Below, piece after piece: positions 8,403 to 17,233 of a stretch of DNA of 64,000 nt. Each line of letters opens with the position of its first letter. Within the stretch, counting starts at the first letter, position 1. The notes under the pieces are model-generated. The model saw nothing but the letters and a program-made list of their open reading frames with translations. It did not search any database and was not told the origin of the DNA. A program made the position numbers and the translations under genes. Origin of the DNA: Phycisphaerales bacterium (GTDB lineage: Bacteria; Planctomycetota; Phycisphaerae; Phycisphaerales; UBA1924); NCBI GenBank assembly GCA_029260295.1, contig JAJDDN010000004.1, forward strand, positions 10,246-74,245, in the 5' to 3' direction.

Positions 8403-10433
8403 ATGCTTACGACCGACTCAAGACCCCGGAATCTACGCTGGATCCACGCAGGACCACTCCTCTACGGAGACTGGGGCACCTCACGCCTCTATGTTCTCGG
8501 ACTCGCCTTCCTTTTCACCGGCCACGCCTCCATTATCTACCTCGCCGCCATCGGGCTCCTCATGCTCGCGGTCTCCTGGGCCTACACCCATATCTGCCGA
8601 TGCTTCCCCGATGGCGGAGGCGTCTACACCGCCGCAAGACAGCTCTCCCCAACACTCTCAGTCATCGGCTCAACCCTCCTCTTATCAGGCTACATCATGA
8701 CCGCCGCGATCTCGGCGATCGAAGCTTTCCACTACTTCCATGTCCCCCACCACCTCGTCCTGCCTCTCGCCGTCGGTGCCATCATATTGGTCGGCGGGGT
8801 CAACTGGCTGGGCGCAAAGTCCGCAGGCAAGTTCGCCCTCATCATCGCCCTCGTCGCGCTTGCTGTCTCCGCAATCATGGCCGTCATCGCCATCCCCGCC
8901 TTCGCCCGAGGCATCGAAACAATATCCTTCGACTACTTCCGCCACAGCCCACCCGCAGACATGTGGGTGAACTTCACCAAAATCTGTCTCGCCCTCGCGG
9001 GCGTCGAAGCCGTCGCCAACATGACCGGGATGATGAAAAAACCCGTCGAGAAGGAAGCCAAAAAAACCATCTGGCCCGTCGCCATAGAAGTCGTCGCCCT
9101 CAACCTGGTCTTCGGACTCGCCCTCGCCGGACTCACCTTCGCCGTCGCCGGGACAGAGATGCAGCATCTCGATTCACCCGACACCGAACGCCTCGTCGAA
9201 TCCCGCCAAGCTTTCATCGACACGATGCCCCCCGCATCACGAAACGACTACAACGCATCAACGCCCATCATGCTGACCGATGAGCAGATCGCATTACTCC
9301 CAGAACCCGGCGCAGCCGCCTACGAAAATCTCGAATCCCACCGCTACCAAGTCGGCCAGTACACCAACGCCGCAATGCGCATCGTCGCCCAGAACACCGC
9401 CACCGATGTCCTAGGCCCAACCATGGGCACCATCTTCGGGAACATCGCAGGCATCACCTTCGGGCTACTTCTGCTTTCAGCCACCAACACCGCCATCATG
9501 GCGATGGTCAGCGTCTTCTACGCGATGGCCCAAGACGACGAACTCCCACGCACGCTCACCAAACTCAACTACTCCGGCGTCCCCTACATCGGGCTCATCA
9601 TCTCGATCATTATCCCGATCATCGTCATCATCTTCGAGCAGGATGTCACCGTCCTCGCTTCCCTCTATGTGCTCGGAGTCACCGGCGCCATCACCGTCAC
9701 CGTCTTATCGAGCGCAATCAACACCAAGCTCGAACTCACCCCCCTCACCCGCACCCTCTTCTGGGTCCTCGGACTCTTCCTCCTCTCCATCACCGTCACC
9801 ATCGGGGTCACCCAACCAATCTCCACTGCCTTCAGCGGCACCCTCGTCGCCCTCGCACTAGGCATCCGAACCATCCGCACCCTCCGCCCCGCCTCAACCG
9901 GTAAAGCAATCGAAGCACCCGGTGGTGGCTGGATGCAGATCCTGACCGTCAAACCAGAAATCGATACCGACAAACCCAAGATCATGCTCGCGGCTCGCGG
10001 CCGCTACCAATCCGAATACGCCATCGACCTCGCCAAACGACGCGATGCCACACTCATGGCCATCTTCGTCCGCCAGGTCCGCGTCATGGACATGGCCCCC
10101 GGACGCGCCCCCCAGATCGACACCGACCAAGCCGCACAAGAAACCCTAGGCACCACCGCCATGCTCGCCAAAGAAGCCGGCGTCCCCTTTATCCCAATCT
10201 TCGTCACCGCGTCGAGTATCGCCGAAGAAATCCTCGACTACACCGTCACCTACGGCTGCGACACACTCATCATGGGTAAATCCCGCCGCTCAAATGTCGC
10301 ACGCCGCCTCGAAGGCGATGTCATCACCCAGGTTGCCAAAGATCTTCCCGAAGGGATCATCCTCATGACCCGCGCCGCAGACATCCCCCACGCAATGATG
10401 CCCCCAGGCATGGGATCACGCTCTACAAAATAG
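8403..10433 (+). CDS. APC-superfamily permease fused to a C-terminal universal stress protein (USP) domain
   Basis: About 12 predicted TM helices with an APC-like FPDGGGVYTAAR motif. The C-terminal ~140 aa (KIMLAARG...CDTLIMGKSRRSNVARRLEGDVITQVAKD) look USP-like. Confidence 0.7.
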   Translation: MLTTDSRPRNLRWIHAGPLLYGDWGTSRLYVLGLAFLFTGHASIIYLAAIGLLMLAVSWAYTHICRCFPDGGGVYTAARQLSPTLSVIGSTLLLSGYIMTAAISAIEAFHYFHVPHHLVLPLAVGAIILVGGVNWLGAKSAGKFALIIALVALAVSAIMAVIAIPAFARGIETISFDYFRHSPPADMWVNFTKICLALAGVEAVANMTGMMKKPVEKEAKKTIWPVAIEVVALNLVFGLALAGLTFAVAGTEMQHLDSPDTERLVESRQAFIDTMPPASRNDYNASTPIMLTDEQIALLPEPGAAAYENLESHRYQVGQYTNAAMRIVAQNTATDVLGPTMGTIFGNIAGITFGLLLLSATNTAIMAMVSVFYAMAQDDELPRTLTKLNYSGVPYIGLIISIIIPIIVIIFEQDVTVLASLYVLGVTGAITVTVLSSAINTKLELTPLTRTLFWVLGLFLLSITVTIGVTQPISTAFSGTLVALALGIRTIRTLRPASTGKAIEAPGGGWMQILTVKPEIDTDKPKIMLAARGRYQSEYAIDLAKRRDATLMAIFVRQVRVMDMAPGRAPQIDTDQAAQETLGTTAMLAKEAGVPFIPIFVTASSIAEEILDYTVTYGCDTLIMGKSRRSNVARRLEGDVITQVAKDLPEGIILMTRAADIPHAMMPPGMGSRSTK

Positions 10434-10465
10434 TTGCAAACTAAACAACGACCACACATGACCCC

Positions 10466-11458
10466 TCAAGACGCCTTCCGGCCCCTGAGCTGGTCACGCT
10501 GGATCTGCATCGCAAAATGTTCAAGAGTGCGTCTCGTCAGCGTGGTCCCACCACGCTGATCAGGATACACAATCAACGCACCAATACGACAGGTCGAACC
10601 TCGCAAGTCCGTCCCCTGCCGAATTTCAATCACAAACTCAAGCGGCTGACCGTCAAGATTAAAGGCGAGCCCGATCCGCTCAAACCGGTCGAGCTGCATG
10701 TTTGAGATGCCATACATCAAAATCCCAAGCCCATTGGAAGTCACATCAATCAGTCGCCCCTCGGCGTGCGGACTTTCAAGCTTCGCCGCTTTGAGTACAC
10801 GCTCCCAATCTATGCAATGAACCTCGTTGCCATCTTCATCGACGGGGATCTTTGAATTAAACAGTTTCGCAGCCATCAGATCCGTGTAATACGAAGTATT
10901 CCGCTCGCCAAGCAACGGCTCATCAAACTCATCGTCAGGCTTAAAGCGATCCAAAAACCACATCTTGACAGGGATCTCATCGGCAAGCCCCGACAACGAT
11001 GCACGGAACGCCGACCGCCGATCTCCCTCACGAAGATTCATCGGCTTAGAAATATGTAATGCCCGAACAACACGCTCTCTATTGAGCTTTCTGGGTATCT
11101 CAACCTTGAGGACCTTGGCCTCAAAGGTCAGCATCGTCCCGTTATACGACAGATACGCCTCGACACGATCATCGGCCTTCAAAACCACATCACGCCCGAT
11201 GACCTGCAACTCCTCAATCACTAAAATATCACCCTGCCACTCAAGCAATCGCCCCTGCGCCAGCGGATCATGCCCCGCCCGACCCTGATGCACAATCCCG
11301 ATCGAAGTGTTCCGATCAATCGCATCGGTTAGCAACTGCACAAAATCAGCCCGTGGTGGAACGGATGCTTTAGGCGTCGATGATTTCTTCGGCTTCTTCG
11401 AGAACATACAGCCCTTTGATCGGTCGTCCCAACCATATAGACCAGCATTCTTGAGCAA
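10466..11458 (-). CDS. PilZ-domain (c-di-GMP binding) protein, YcgR-like architecture
   Basis: RRSAFR (RxxxR) followed about 100 aa later by DVTSNGLG (D/NxSxxG), matching the bipartite PilZ motif. The start is uncertain; an alternative ATG lies at 11407. Confidence 0.55.
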   Translation of the reverse strand: MLKNAGLYGWDDRSKGCMFSKKPKKSSTPKASVPPRADFVQLLTDAIDRNTSIGIVHQGRAGHDPLAQGRLLEWQGDILVIEELQVIGRDVVLKADDRVEAYLSYNGTMLTFEAKVLKVEIPRKLNRERVVRALHISKPMNLREGDRRSAFRASLSGLADEIPVKMWFLDRFKPDDEFDEPLLGERNTSYYTDLMAAKLFNSKIPVDEDGNEVHCIDWERVLKAAKLESPHAEGRLIDVTSNGLGILMYGISNMQLDRFERIGLAFNLDGQPLEFVIEIRQGTDLRGSTCRIGALIVYPDQRGGTTLTRRTLEHFAMQIQRDQLRGRKAS

Positions 11459-11618
11459 TCCTCATCATTTCAGCTCATGAGTTTCCCCGATACCTCCAAC
11501 GAAATAACTGCCTGCCCATTCACCGGCTCACAATGCGGCTTTGAGTTATCGGTCGAGGGTACAGCCCGATCAACTCTCCGACAAAATCATCCGAGCCAAC
11601 CGAATAAAACCCGCTCAA

Positions 11619-12230
11619 TTATCGTCGCCGCCCCCCCGCAGCCAAACCCGAAACAATCAACACCCCCACCCACCCCGGAGCAGGAACCGTATCCCGAACC
11701 AGCCAGTGCCCAATCGATCCACTCACATCAAAGTGCGATGCAGAAATCGCCGCGGTTATAAAGTCATTAGACCCCGGATTAACCAGATCCTCAAGCGCAA
11801 CCATAAAGCTCCGGTCATCGGCAGGCTCATCAAGCACAGTTCCACGCGAAATCCGGATCCCACCAAAGCTCCCAACAACACTGGTCATCGTGACAAACTG
11901 AGCAAACGCCGGATCTGGAGCGATCGCAATTGTCATCCCAAGGTTCGGAGCATCAAACCCGGCGTTGCTAATCATCGTCAGCACCTGGTAAGCAGTCGCC
12001 CGCCTGAATCCTTCAAAATCGCCGCCTGCACCAAACTCCGACATAATCCGATCAACCGATCGCCCGGTCGTCTGATCCAAATCCAGAAACTCAAGCCCCT
12101 GATCACTATCAAGGGTCAGTGCGCAAGCACCAAAGACCGCATCATCCCCGGAAACAACATCACCACTTGCAATATGCACCTGGGTACAACCCAATGCCAT
12201 CAGCGCATTGAACCACCGATATTGAAACAT
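11619..12230 (-). CDS. PEP-CTERM sorting-domain secreted protein
   Basis: N-terminal signal-like segment. The C-terminus VPAPGWVGVLIVSGLAAGGRRR has the PEP-CTERM layout: P-x-P motif, hydrophobic helix, Arg cluster. Confidence 0.7.
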   Translation of the reverse strand: MFQYRWFNALMALGCTQVHIASGDVVSGDDAVFGACALTLDSDQGLEFLDLDQTTGRSVDRIMSEFGAGGDFEGFRRATAYQVLTMISNAGFDAPNLGMTIAIAPDPAFAQFVTMTSVVGSFGGIRISRGTVLDEPADDRSFMVALEDLVNPGSNDFITAAISASHFDVSGSIGHWLVRDTVPAPGWVGVLIVSGLAAGGRRR

Positions 12231-12451
12231 GCCCCGCTCCTCACATCAAAGAACCATCAACACCCAAAGCCATGGCCCCCCCCAAACATACAACAATCCG
12301 GCCTGTATGCAACACAAATCACAAGACTCCATTTCTGATCGCTCAACAGTGCGTTCGTCATAAAATATCCTTGCATCTAAGCCGCCATCGATCGGATATA
12401 GGGATGCCCAAAGCAAGAATAAAAAATCGATTACTTGAGAGCGCATGAATC

Positions 12452-14998
12452 ATGATCACCTACCCTTCTCCGATGCCGATCCAGACCCCCGAATCCGACT
12501 CCCCGACCTACCTCCAAGGCCTCACCGACCCTCAGCGGAAGGCCGTCCTCTGCACCGAAGGCCCCCTACTCATCCTCGCCGCCGCAGGCTCAGGAAAGAC
12601 CCGTGTCATCACCCGCCGCATCGCCCACCTCGTCGCCAACCACACCCCGCCCTGGTCCATCCTCGCCCTCACCTTCACCAACAAAGCCGCCGGCGAAATG
12701 CGCGACCGCGTCGCCCTGACCATCGCAGGCCCAAACGCCCTGGACCCAGACGCCCCCAGAGACCCCCGCCTCCGAGGCCTCACCATCACCACCTTCCACT
12801 CCCTCTGCGCCCGCCTCCTCCGCCGCTTTGCCGAACGCGTAGAAATGCCAGGACTCAAAGCCGACTACACCATCTACGACAGCTCCGACCAGATGGCCTC
12901 AATGAAACGCGTCCTCAAAGCCATGAACCTCCAGGCATCCAACTGGCCCCCGCGATCGGTCCTCTCCACCATCTCCACCGCCAAGAACGAAATGATGGAC
13001 GCCAAAAAATACGAAGCCAACGCCTTCGATTATTACTCCAAACAAGTCGCCAAGATCTACATCGCCTACGAGGAGTCCCTCCGCAAAGCCGGCGCGATCG
13101 ACTTCGACGACCTCCTCCTGTTCACCGCCAAGATCCTCGACACCCACCCCGACATCAAAGACGAGCTCAACGCCCGCTGGAAGTACCTCCTGATCGACGA
13201 ATACCAGGACACCAACTCCGTCCAGTTCAAGATCGCCTCCCTGCTCGCATCGTCCCCACCGCCACTCCCAGGCGTGGAAGACGAAACCGAACCGCCAAAC
13301 ATCTGCGTGGTCGGCGACCCAGACCAAGCAATCTACGGCTGGCGCGGTGCCGACATCAGCAACATCCTCGACTTCGAAGAACACTACCCCGGTGCCAAAG
13401 TCATCATGCTCGGTGAGAACTTCCGCTCCACCGAGCCGATCCTCATGGCCGCCGACACGCTTATCAAGCACAACACCAAACGCAAAGACAAACCCCTCTT
13501 CACCTCAACGCCCGGCGGCGATGCAATCACCGTCCTAACCACCAACGACGAACGCCACGAGTCCGAACTCATCGCCGACTGGTTCCGCCAGCTCAACGAC
13601 GACCACAACATCGCCTGGAAAGATATGGCCGTGTTTTACAGGACAAACGCCCTCTCCCGCGTCGTCGAAGACGCCATGCGACAGTCCGCCATCCCCTACC
13701 GAATCGCAAGAGGCACCGCATTCTTCGACCGCGAAGAAATCAAAACCGCCATCGCCTATCTAAGAGTGATCGCCAACCCAAGCGACCCCGTCTCCCTCCT
13801 CCGCGTCATCAACACCCCGACCAGAGGCATCGGCAAAACCACCCTCGACACCATCCAGGGCGCCTGCTCCCGAGCCGGACTCACCTTCTGGGAAGGCCTC
13901 AACCGATGCGGCGAACTCGGACTCACTGACCGCGCCACCAAATCGATCCAAAAATTCACAACGATGGTCAACGAATGGACCGGCGGCGGCTCCTTCATGG
14001 GCACCTCCCTCTCCACAAACCTCCACGAACTCGTCGAACGCATCATCACCGAATCCACCCTCGAAGCACACTACACCAAACAAGCCAAAGCCTCAGGCGC
14101 CGAGTCCGACGAAGAACGCCTCGACAACCTCAACGAACTCATCACCTCGGCTAGAGACTTCGAACGCGAGTTCGACCCCGCCGACGACCCCGCATCCTTC
14201 ACCGATACCGAGCAAGCCGAGTCGGGCAACCTAGGTACCGTCCCGCCGCTCCTCGCCCTCGTCCGCGCCTACCTCGAATCCATCGCCCTGATCGCCGACG
14301 CCGACGCGGTGGACAGCGAATCCGGAGCCGTCACCCTGATGACCCTCCACGCGTCCAAGGGCCTCGAGTTCCCCGCCGTCGCCATGATCGCCCTCGAAGA
14401 AGGCACCCTCCCCCACTCCCGCGCCGCCGATTCACTCGCAGAACTCGAAGAAGAACGCCGCCTCGCATTCGTCGGGATCACCCGCTCCATGAAGCACCTC
14501 CAAATCTCAAACGCCGCAAGAAGAACCGTCCGAGGCATAACAGAACGCACCATCAAATCCCGTTTCCTCGAAGAAATCGGCTCAGAGAACATCATCTTCT
14601 CCGACCAATCCGATGGAGGTTATGGTGGAAGCATGGGCGAATACGACGACGCCTTCAGCAACAAATCATCGTCCTCAAGCTTCCGCGCAGGCTCCTTCGC
14701 AAGCTTCAAACCAGACCACAAAGCCATCAACGACGCGCGTGAACAACGCCTCGCCAATGTAGAACCAAGAAAATCAATCCCCGCCCGCCCATCGATCAAC
14801 CCCGCCGCATCAAGATCATCCTCCACCGGCGACGGCTCCCAATACCCCATCGGCTGCATCGTTTCCCACCCCCAGTTCGGCGAAGGCACCGTCATGAAAA
14901 CCACCCCAGGCCAGAACGCACGCGTCATCATCGAGTTCAAAGCCGTAGGCCGCAAAACCCTCGTACTCCAATACGCAAGGCTCAAACGCCTCCGATGA
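12452..14998 (+). CDS. uvrD: ATP-dependent DNA helicase, UvrD/PcrA/Rep family
   Basis: LTDPQRKAVL...LILAAAGSGKTRVITRRIAHLV (Walker A), LLIDEYQDTN, VVGDPDQAIYGWRGA, TLHASKGLEF, and a C-terminal Tudor-like tail. Confidence 0.9.
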   Translation: MITYPSPMPIQTPESDSPTYLQGLTDPQRKAVLCTEGPLLILAAAGSGKTRVITRRIAHLVANHTPPWSILALTFTNKAAGEMRDRVALTIAGPNALDPDAPRDPRLRGLTITTFHSLCARLLRRFAERVEMPGLKADYTIYDSSDQMASMKRVLKAMNLQASNWPPRSVLSTISTAKNEMMDAKKYEANAFDYYSKQVAKIYIAYEESLRKAGAIDFDDLLLFTAKILDTHPDIKDELNARWKYLLIDEYQDTNSVQFKIASLLASSPPPLPGVEDETEPPNICVVGDPDQAIYGWRGADISNILDFEEHYPGAKVIMLGENFRSTEPILMAADTLIKHNTKRKDKPLFTSTPGGDAITVLTTNDERHESELIADWFRQLNDDHNIAWKDMAVFYRTNALSRVVEDAMRQSAIPYRIARGTAFFDREEIKTAIAYLRVIANPSDPVSLLRVINTPTRGIGKTTLDTIQGACSRAGLTFWEGLNRCGELGLTDRATKSIQKFTTMVNEWTGGGSFMGTSLSTNLHELVERIITESTLEAHYTKQAKASGAESDEERLDNLNELITSARDFEREFDPADDPASFTDTEQAESGNLGTVPPLLALVRAYLESIALIADADAVDSESGAVTLMTLHASKGLEFPAVAMIALEEGTLPHSRAADSLAELEEERRLAFVGITRSMKHLQISNAARRTVRGITERTIKSRFLEEIGSENIIFSDQSDGGYGGSMGEYDDAFSNKSSSSSFRAGSFASFKPDHKAINDAREQRLANVEPRKSIPARPSINPAASRSSSTGDGSQYPIGCIVSHPQFGEGTVMKTTPGQNARVIIEFKAVGRKTLVLQYARLKRLR

Positions 14999-15009
14999 TG
15001 CAATAAAGC

Positions 15010-15498
15010 TTACGACTCAACGGGCTCTTCTTCGAGCTGCACTTCTGCCGTATTCTTCTTTGTCCGCGCCCGCTTGTTATGCCGCCGCGCCCAATCACAA
15101 TACATCGTCCACCGCTCAACGGCCCCCTCACGATCAAACACCGCCCCGCATTCCCCGCACTCAGCACCATCCTCAACACCACGCATATCGGCGCAGCACG
15201 ATTCGCATGCCTGGTATTCATACTCCTGCGCCTGATACTGGATCGTCGCAAGATTCCACACACCCCGAATCTGCAAAAACACCGAGTACGAAATCCACAC
15301 AAACAAAAGAATCCCGATATGCAGATGATCCTTCGTCGAAATCGTGTCATACCGGGTCGTCACCATATGGATCACCGCATAAGCACACACAACCAGATAC
15401 CAGATCGGCAACCGGAAGCACTCCCGCGCGACATACCGCGGCCAAGCCTTGCAAAAATACACAGGGACCTCAAAGTTGATCGTTCGTAAGATATTCAT
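15010..15498 (-). CDS. hypothetical membrane protein with C-terminal Cys4 zinc-ribbon
   Basis: Two hydrophobic helices, then CESCC...CGECG. Its start overlaps the stop of the upstream NTPase gene by 4 bp. Confidence 0.5.
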   Translation of the reverse strand: MNILRTINFEVPVYFCKAWPRYVARECFRLPIWYLVVCAYAVIHMVTTRYDTISTKDHLHIGILLFVWISYSVFLQIRGVWNLATIQYQAQEYEYQACESCCADMRGVEDGAECGECGAVFDREGAVERWTMYCDWARRHNKRARTKKNTAEVQLEEEPVES

Positions 15499-17078
15499 GC
15501 CGGTCTTATTCCTCTCTGCAGCTGCATCACCCGCTCCGCCTCATCCCGCCGAACCTGATCAAGCACATGCTTGGGGATCCGCCAACTCCCGTCATCAGCC
15601 GTCACACTGGCGCAGTGTTCATTGAGACATCTATACATAAACTTGAACGCATCCCGAGGCTGCTGCATCGCCCCGAGTGCCTCAACAATATCCTGCCGCG
15701 TCACATCCTCGGTAAACAAATCAATCATCGCCAGCGCCGGAGCACTCGCAGGCCTACAAACCGCCAGCCGAGCGTTGCACAGGTCATAAAGCATCGCCCC
15801 AGTCCACGCAAGCCGCTCGACCATATTCTGCTTATCAAGCCGCGCCTCCTGAAAGAACGCACTCGATTCTTTAAACAACGCATGCCGAAGCTCGATCGGC
15901 AGCAGCATCTTCAAACCCACACCCTCAAGCTGCAAAAACTTGTTATTGAGCATCGGCCAGATCAACGACCGCATCCGATCAGGATCACCATTAATCAGCG
16001 TCGGCTCGTCCACCCGATCAATCACCACCATGATCCCAGTAAATCCAAACTCCGCGATCACCCGCCGCAGCCGAGCGAACATCGCGTACCGCTGCTCGTC
16101 AGAATCCGTCGTCGGAAGCTCACCAGATCCCAGCACGCTATGAGGCATCCGCCGCAGCGATCCCAAATACCCGCCCGGAGCCCGAGGCACCATCCGCAAC
16201 TGCTTATGCACCTTGCTCGAAATCCGATGAATCACCATCCGGTCAAGCACCATCGCCTTGCCCATCAGCAGCATCCAAAGCACAAGCAACACCCCAGACC
16301 CAATCTGCACCGCATTAAACAAAAACCCATCAAGCCCAGAATACACCTGCAGCCACACAAACAAAGCCACCGCAGGGATCCACCCGAGCCACATCCCAAT
16401 CACCGTCAACCCACCAAACCCACCGCCAGGCATCTTGAGCAGCTGACGCAAACGCGCCGTCCGCGCCCCGCTCGGATCATTCGTGTCATACACAGACTGA
16501 AGCAAAAGCAGATCCCGCCGAATCAACGCAGGCATCTTCCGAGCACGCTTAGCCGCACCCTCCCCAAGATTCGCCGGCGGCGGCTCAGTAGGCCCAGGCA
16601 CAATCGCATTAAGCACCCGCCCAACACCCACCGACACCATCGCGTCCATGTGATCAACCAACCGAACATTGACAAACGGATTGTCACCCTTCCCCGCCCG
16701 GCTCGCATAGTGATCAAGCATCCCGTTCAAATCGTCATACGGGATCATGAATACTTTGCTATCCGGAAAATCCTCGTTGTGCGTCCCGATCCGCCCAGCG
16801 ATCTGCAACCGGATCGCCGTCTTCCCCGCCCCCTTCTCGCCAAAGACAATCGAAGTCGAAGGCCGATGCAGCTCCCCAAGAATTTTCTCAAAGTCCGAAT
16901 GCTCACTCGATATCACAGGCCGCGCAAGCTGCACCTCACCAGGAGCAGGGATCTCCGATTGCCCAGTAACCAACTTTGGGGGGCCCATCCGCGCAAAGAT
17001 CGAATCATGCCGAGCTTCCTCGCCCCGGAAAGGGTTTTCGACAATCGACCAATGCTCAAAGAACTGCGATAGATTCAT
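15495..17078 (-). CDS. P-loop NTPase with transmembrane helices inserted between Walker A and Walker B (KAP-like)
   Basis: Walker A GEKGAGKT. Two long hydrophobic helices (GLTVIGMWLGWIPAVALFVWLQVY / VQIGSGVLLVLWMLLMGKAMVL). Walker B IMVVIDRVDE. This topology is the hallmark of KAP-family NTPases. Confidence 0.6.
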   Translation of the reverse strand: MNLSQFFEHWSIVENPFRGEEARHDSIFARMGPPKLVTGQSEIPAPGEVQLARPVISSEHSDFEKILGELHRPSTSIVFGEKGAGKTAIRLQIAGRIGTHNEDFPDSKVFMIPYDDLNGMLDHYASRAGKGDNPFVNVRLVDHMDAMVSVGVGRVLNAIVPGPTEPPPANLGEGAAKRARKMPALIRRDLLLLQSVYDTNDPSGARTARLRQLLKMPGGGFGGLTVIGMWLGWIPAVALFVWLQVYSGLDGFLFNAVQIGSGVLLVLWMLLMGKAMVLDRMVIHRISSKVHKQLRMVPRAPGGYLGSLRRMPHSVLGSGELPTTDSDEQRYAMFARLRRVIAEFGFTGIMVVIDRVDEPTLINGDPDRMRSLIWPMLNNKFLQLEGVGLKMLLPIELRHALFKESSAFFQEARLDKQNMVERLAWTGAMLYDLCNARLAVCRPASAPALAMIDLFTEDVTRQDIVEALGAMQQPRDAFKFMYRCLNEHCASVTADDGSWRIPKHVLDQVRRDEAERVMQLQRGIRPA

Positions 17079-17122
17079 ACCCCATTATATCGGCACAATC
17101 CAACGAATCTGACCATATCTGC

Positions 17123-17214
17123 GGTGCCCTCCTTTGACCCGTAGGGCAAAGGAGGATTCGGTGGTGCGATGGATTCCAAGACCTCCTTTACCCTGCGGGC
17201 TAAAGGAGGGCACC
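17123..17214. other. twin-hairpin, four-segment inverted-repeat structure rich in SD/anti-SD-like sequence
   Basis: H1 is CCTCCTTTG(A)CCC-gta-GGGCAAAGGAGG (17128-17155). H2 is CCTCCTTTACCC-tgc-GGG(C)TAAAGGAGG (17182-17209). They are closed by GGTGC (17123-17127) pairing with GCACC (17210-17214). Confidence 0.5.
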
Positions 17215-17233
17215 ATTCCAGAGAGCGGTTCGC

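Noticed and set aside
8339-9283. 314-aa alternative-frame ORF overlapping the permease gene
   Set aside because: It is Arg/Pro-rich with no hydrophobic pattern. The 8403 frame gives a coherent 12-TM transporter.
12445-13416. 323-aa alternative-frame ORF overlapping the uvrD start
   Set aside because: It is Pro/Arg-rich and low-complexity. The +1 neighbour frame encodes the helicase motifs.
15567-17072. 501-aa plus-strand ORF antisense to the KAP-like NTPase gene
   Set aside because: The translation is low-complexity and rich in Pro/Arg/His (…PRHHPQLLMHLARNP…), typical of antisense frames in GC-rich genes. The opposite strand carries clear Walker motifs.
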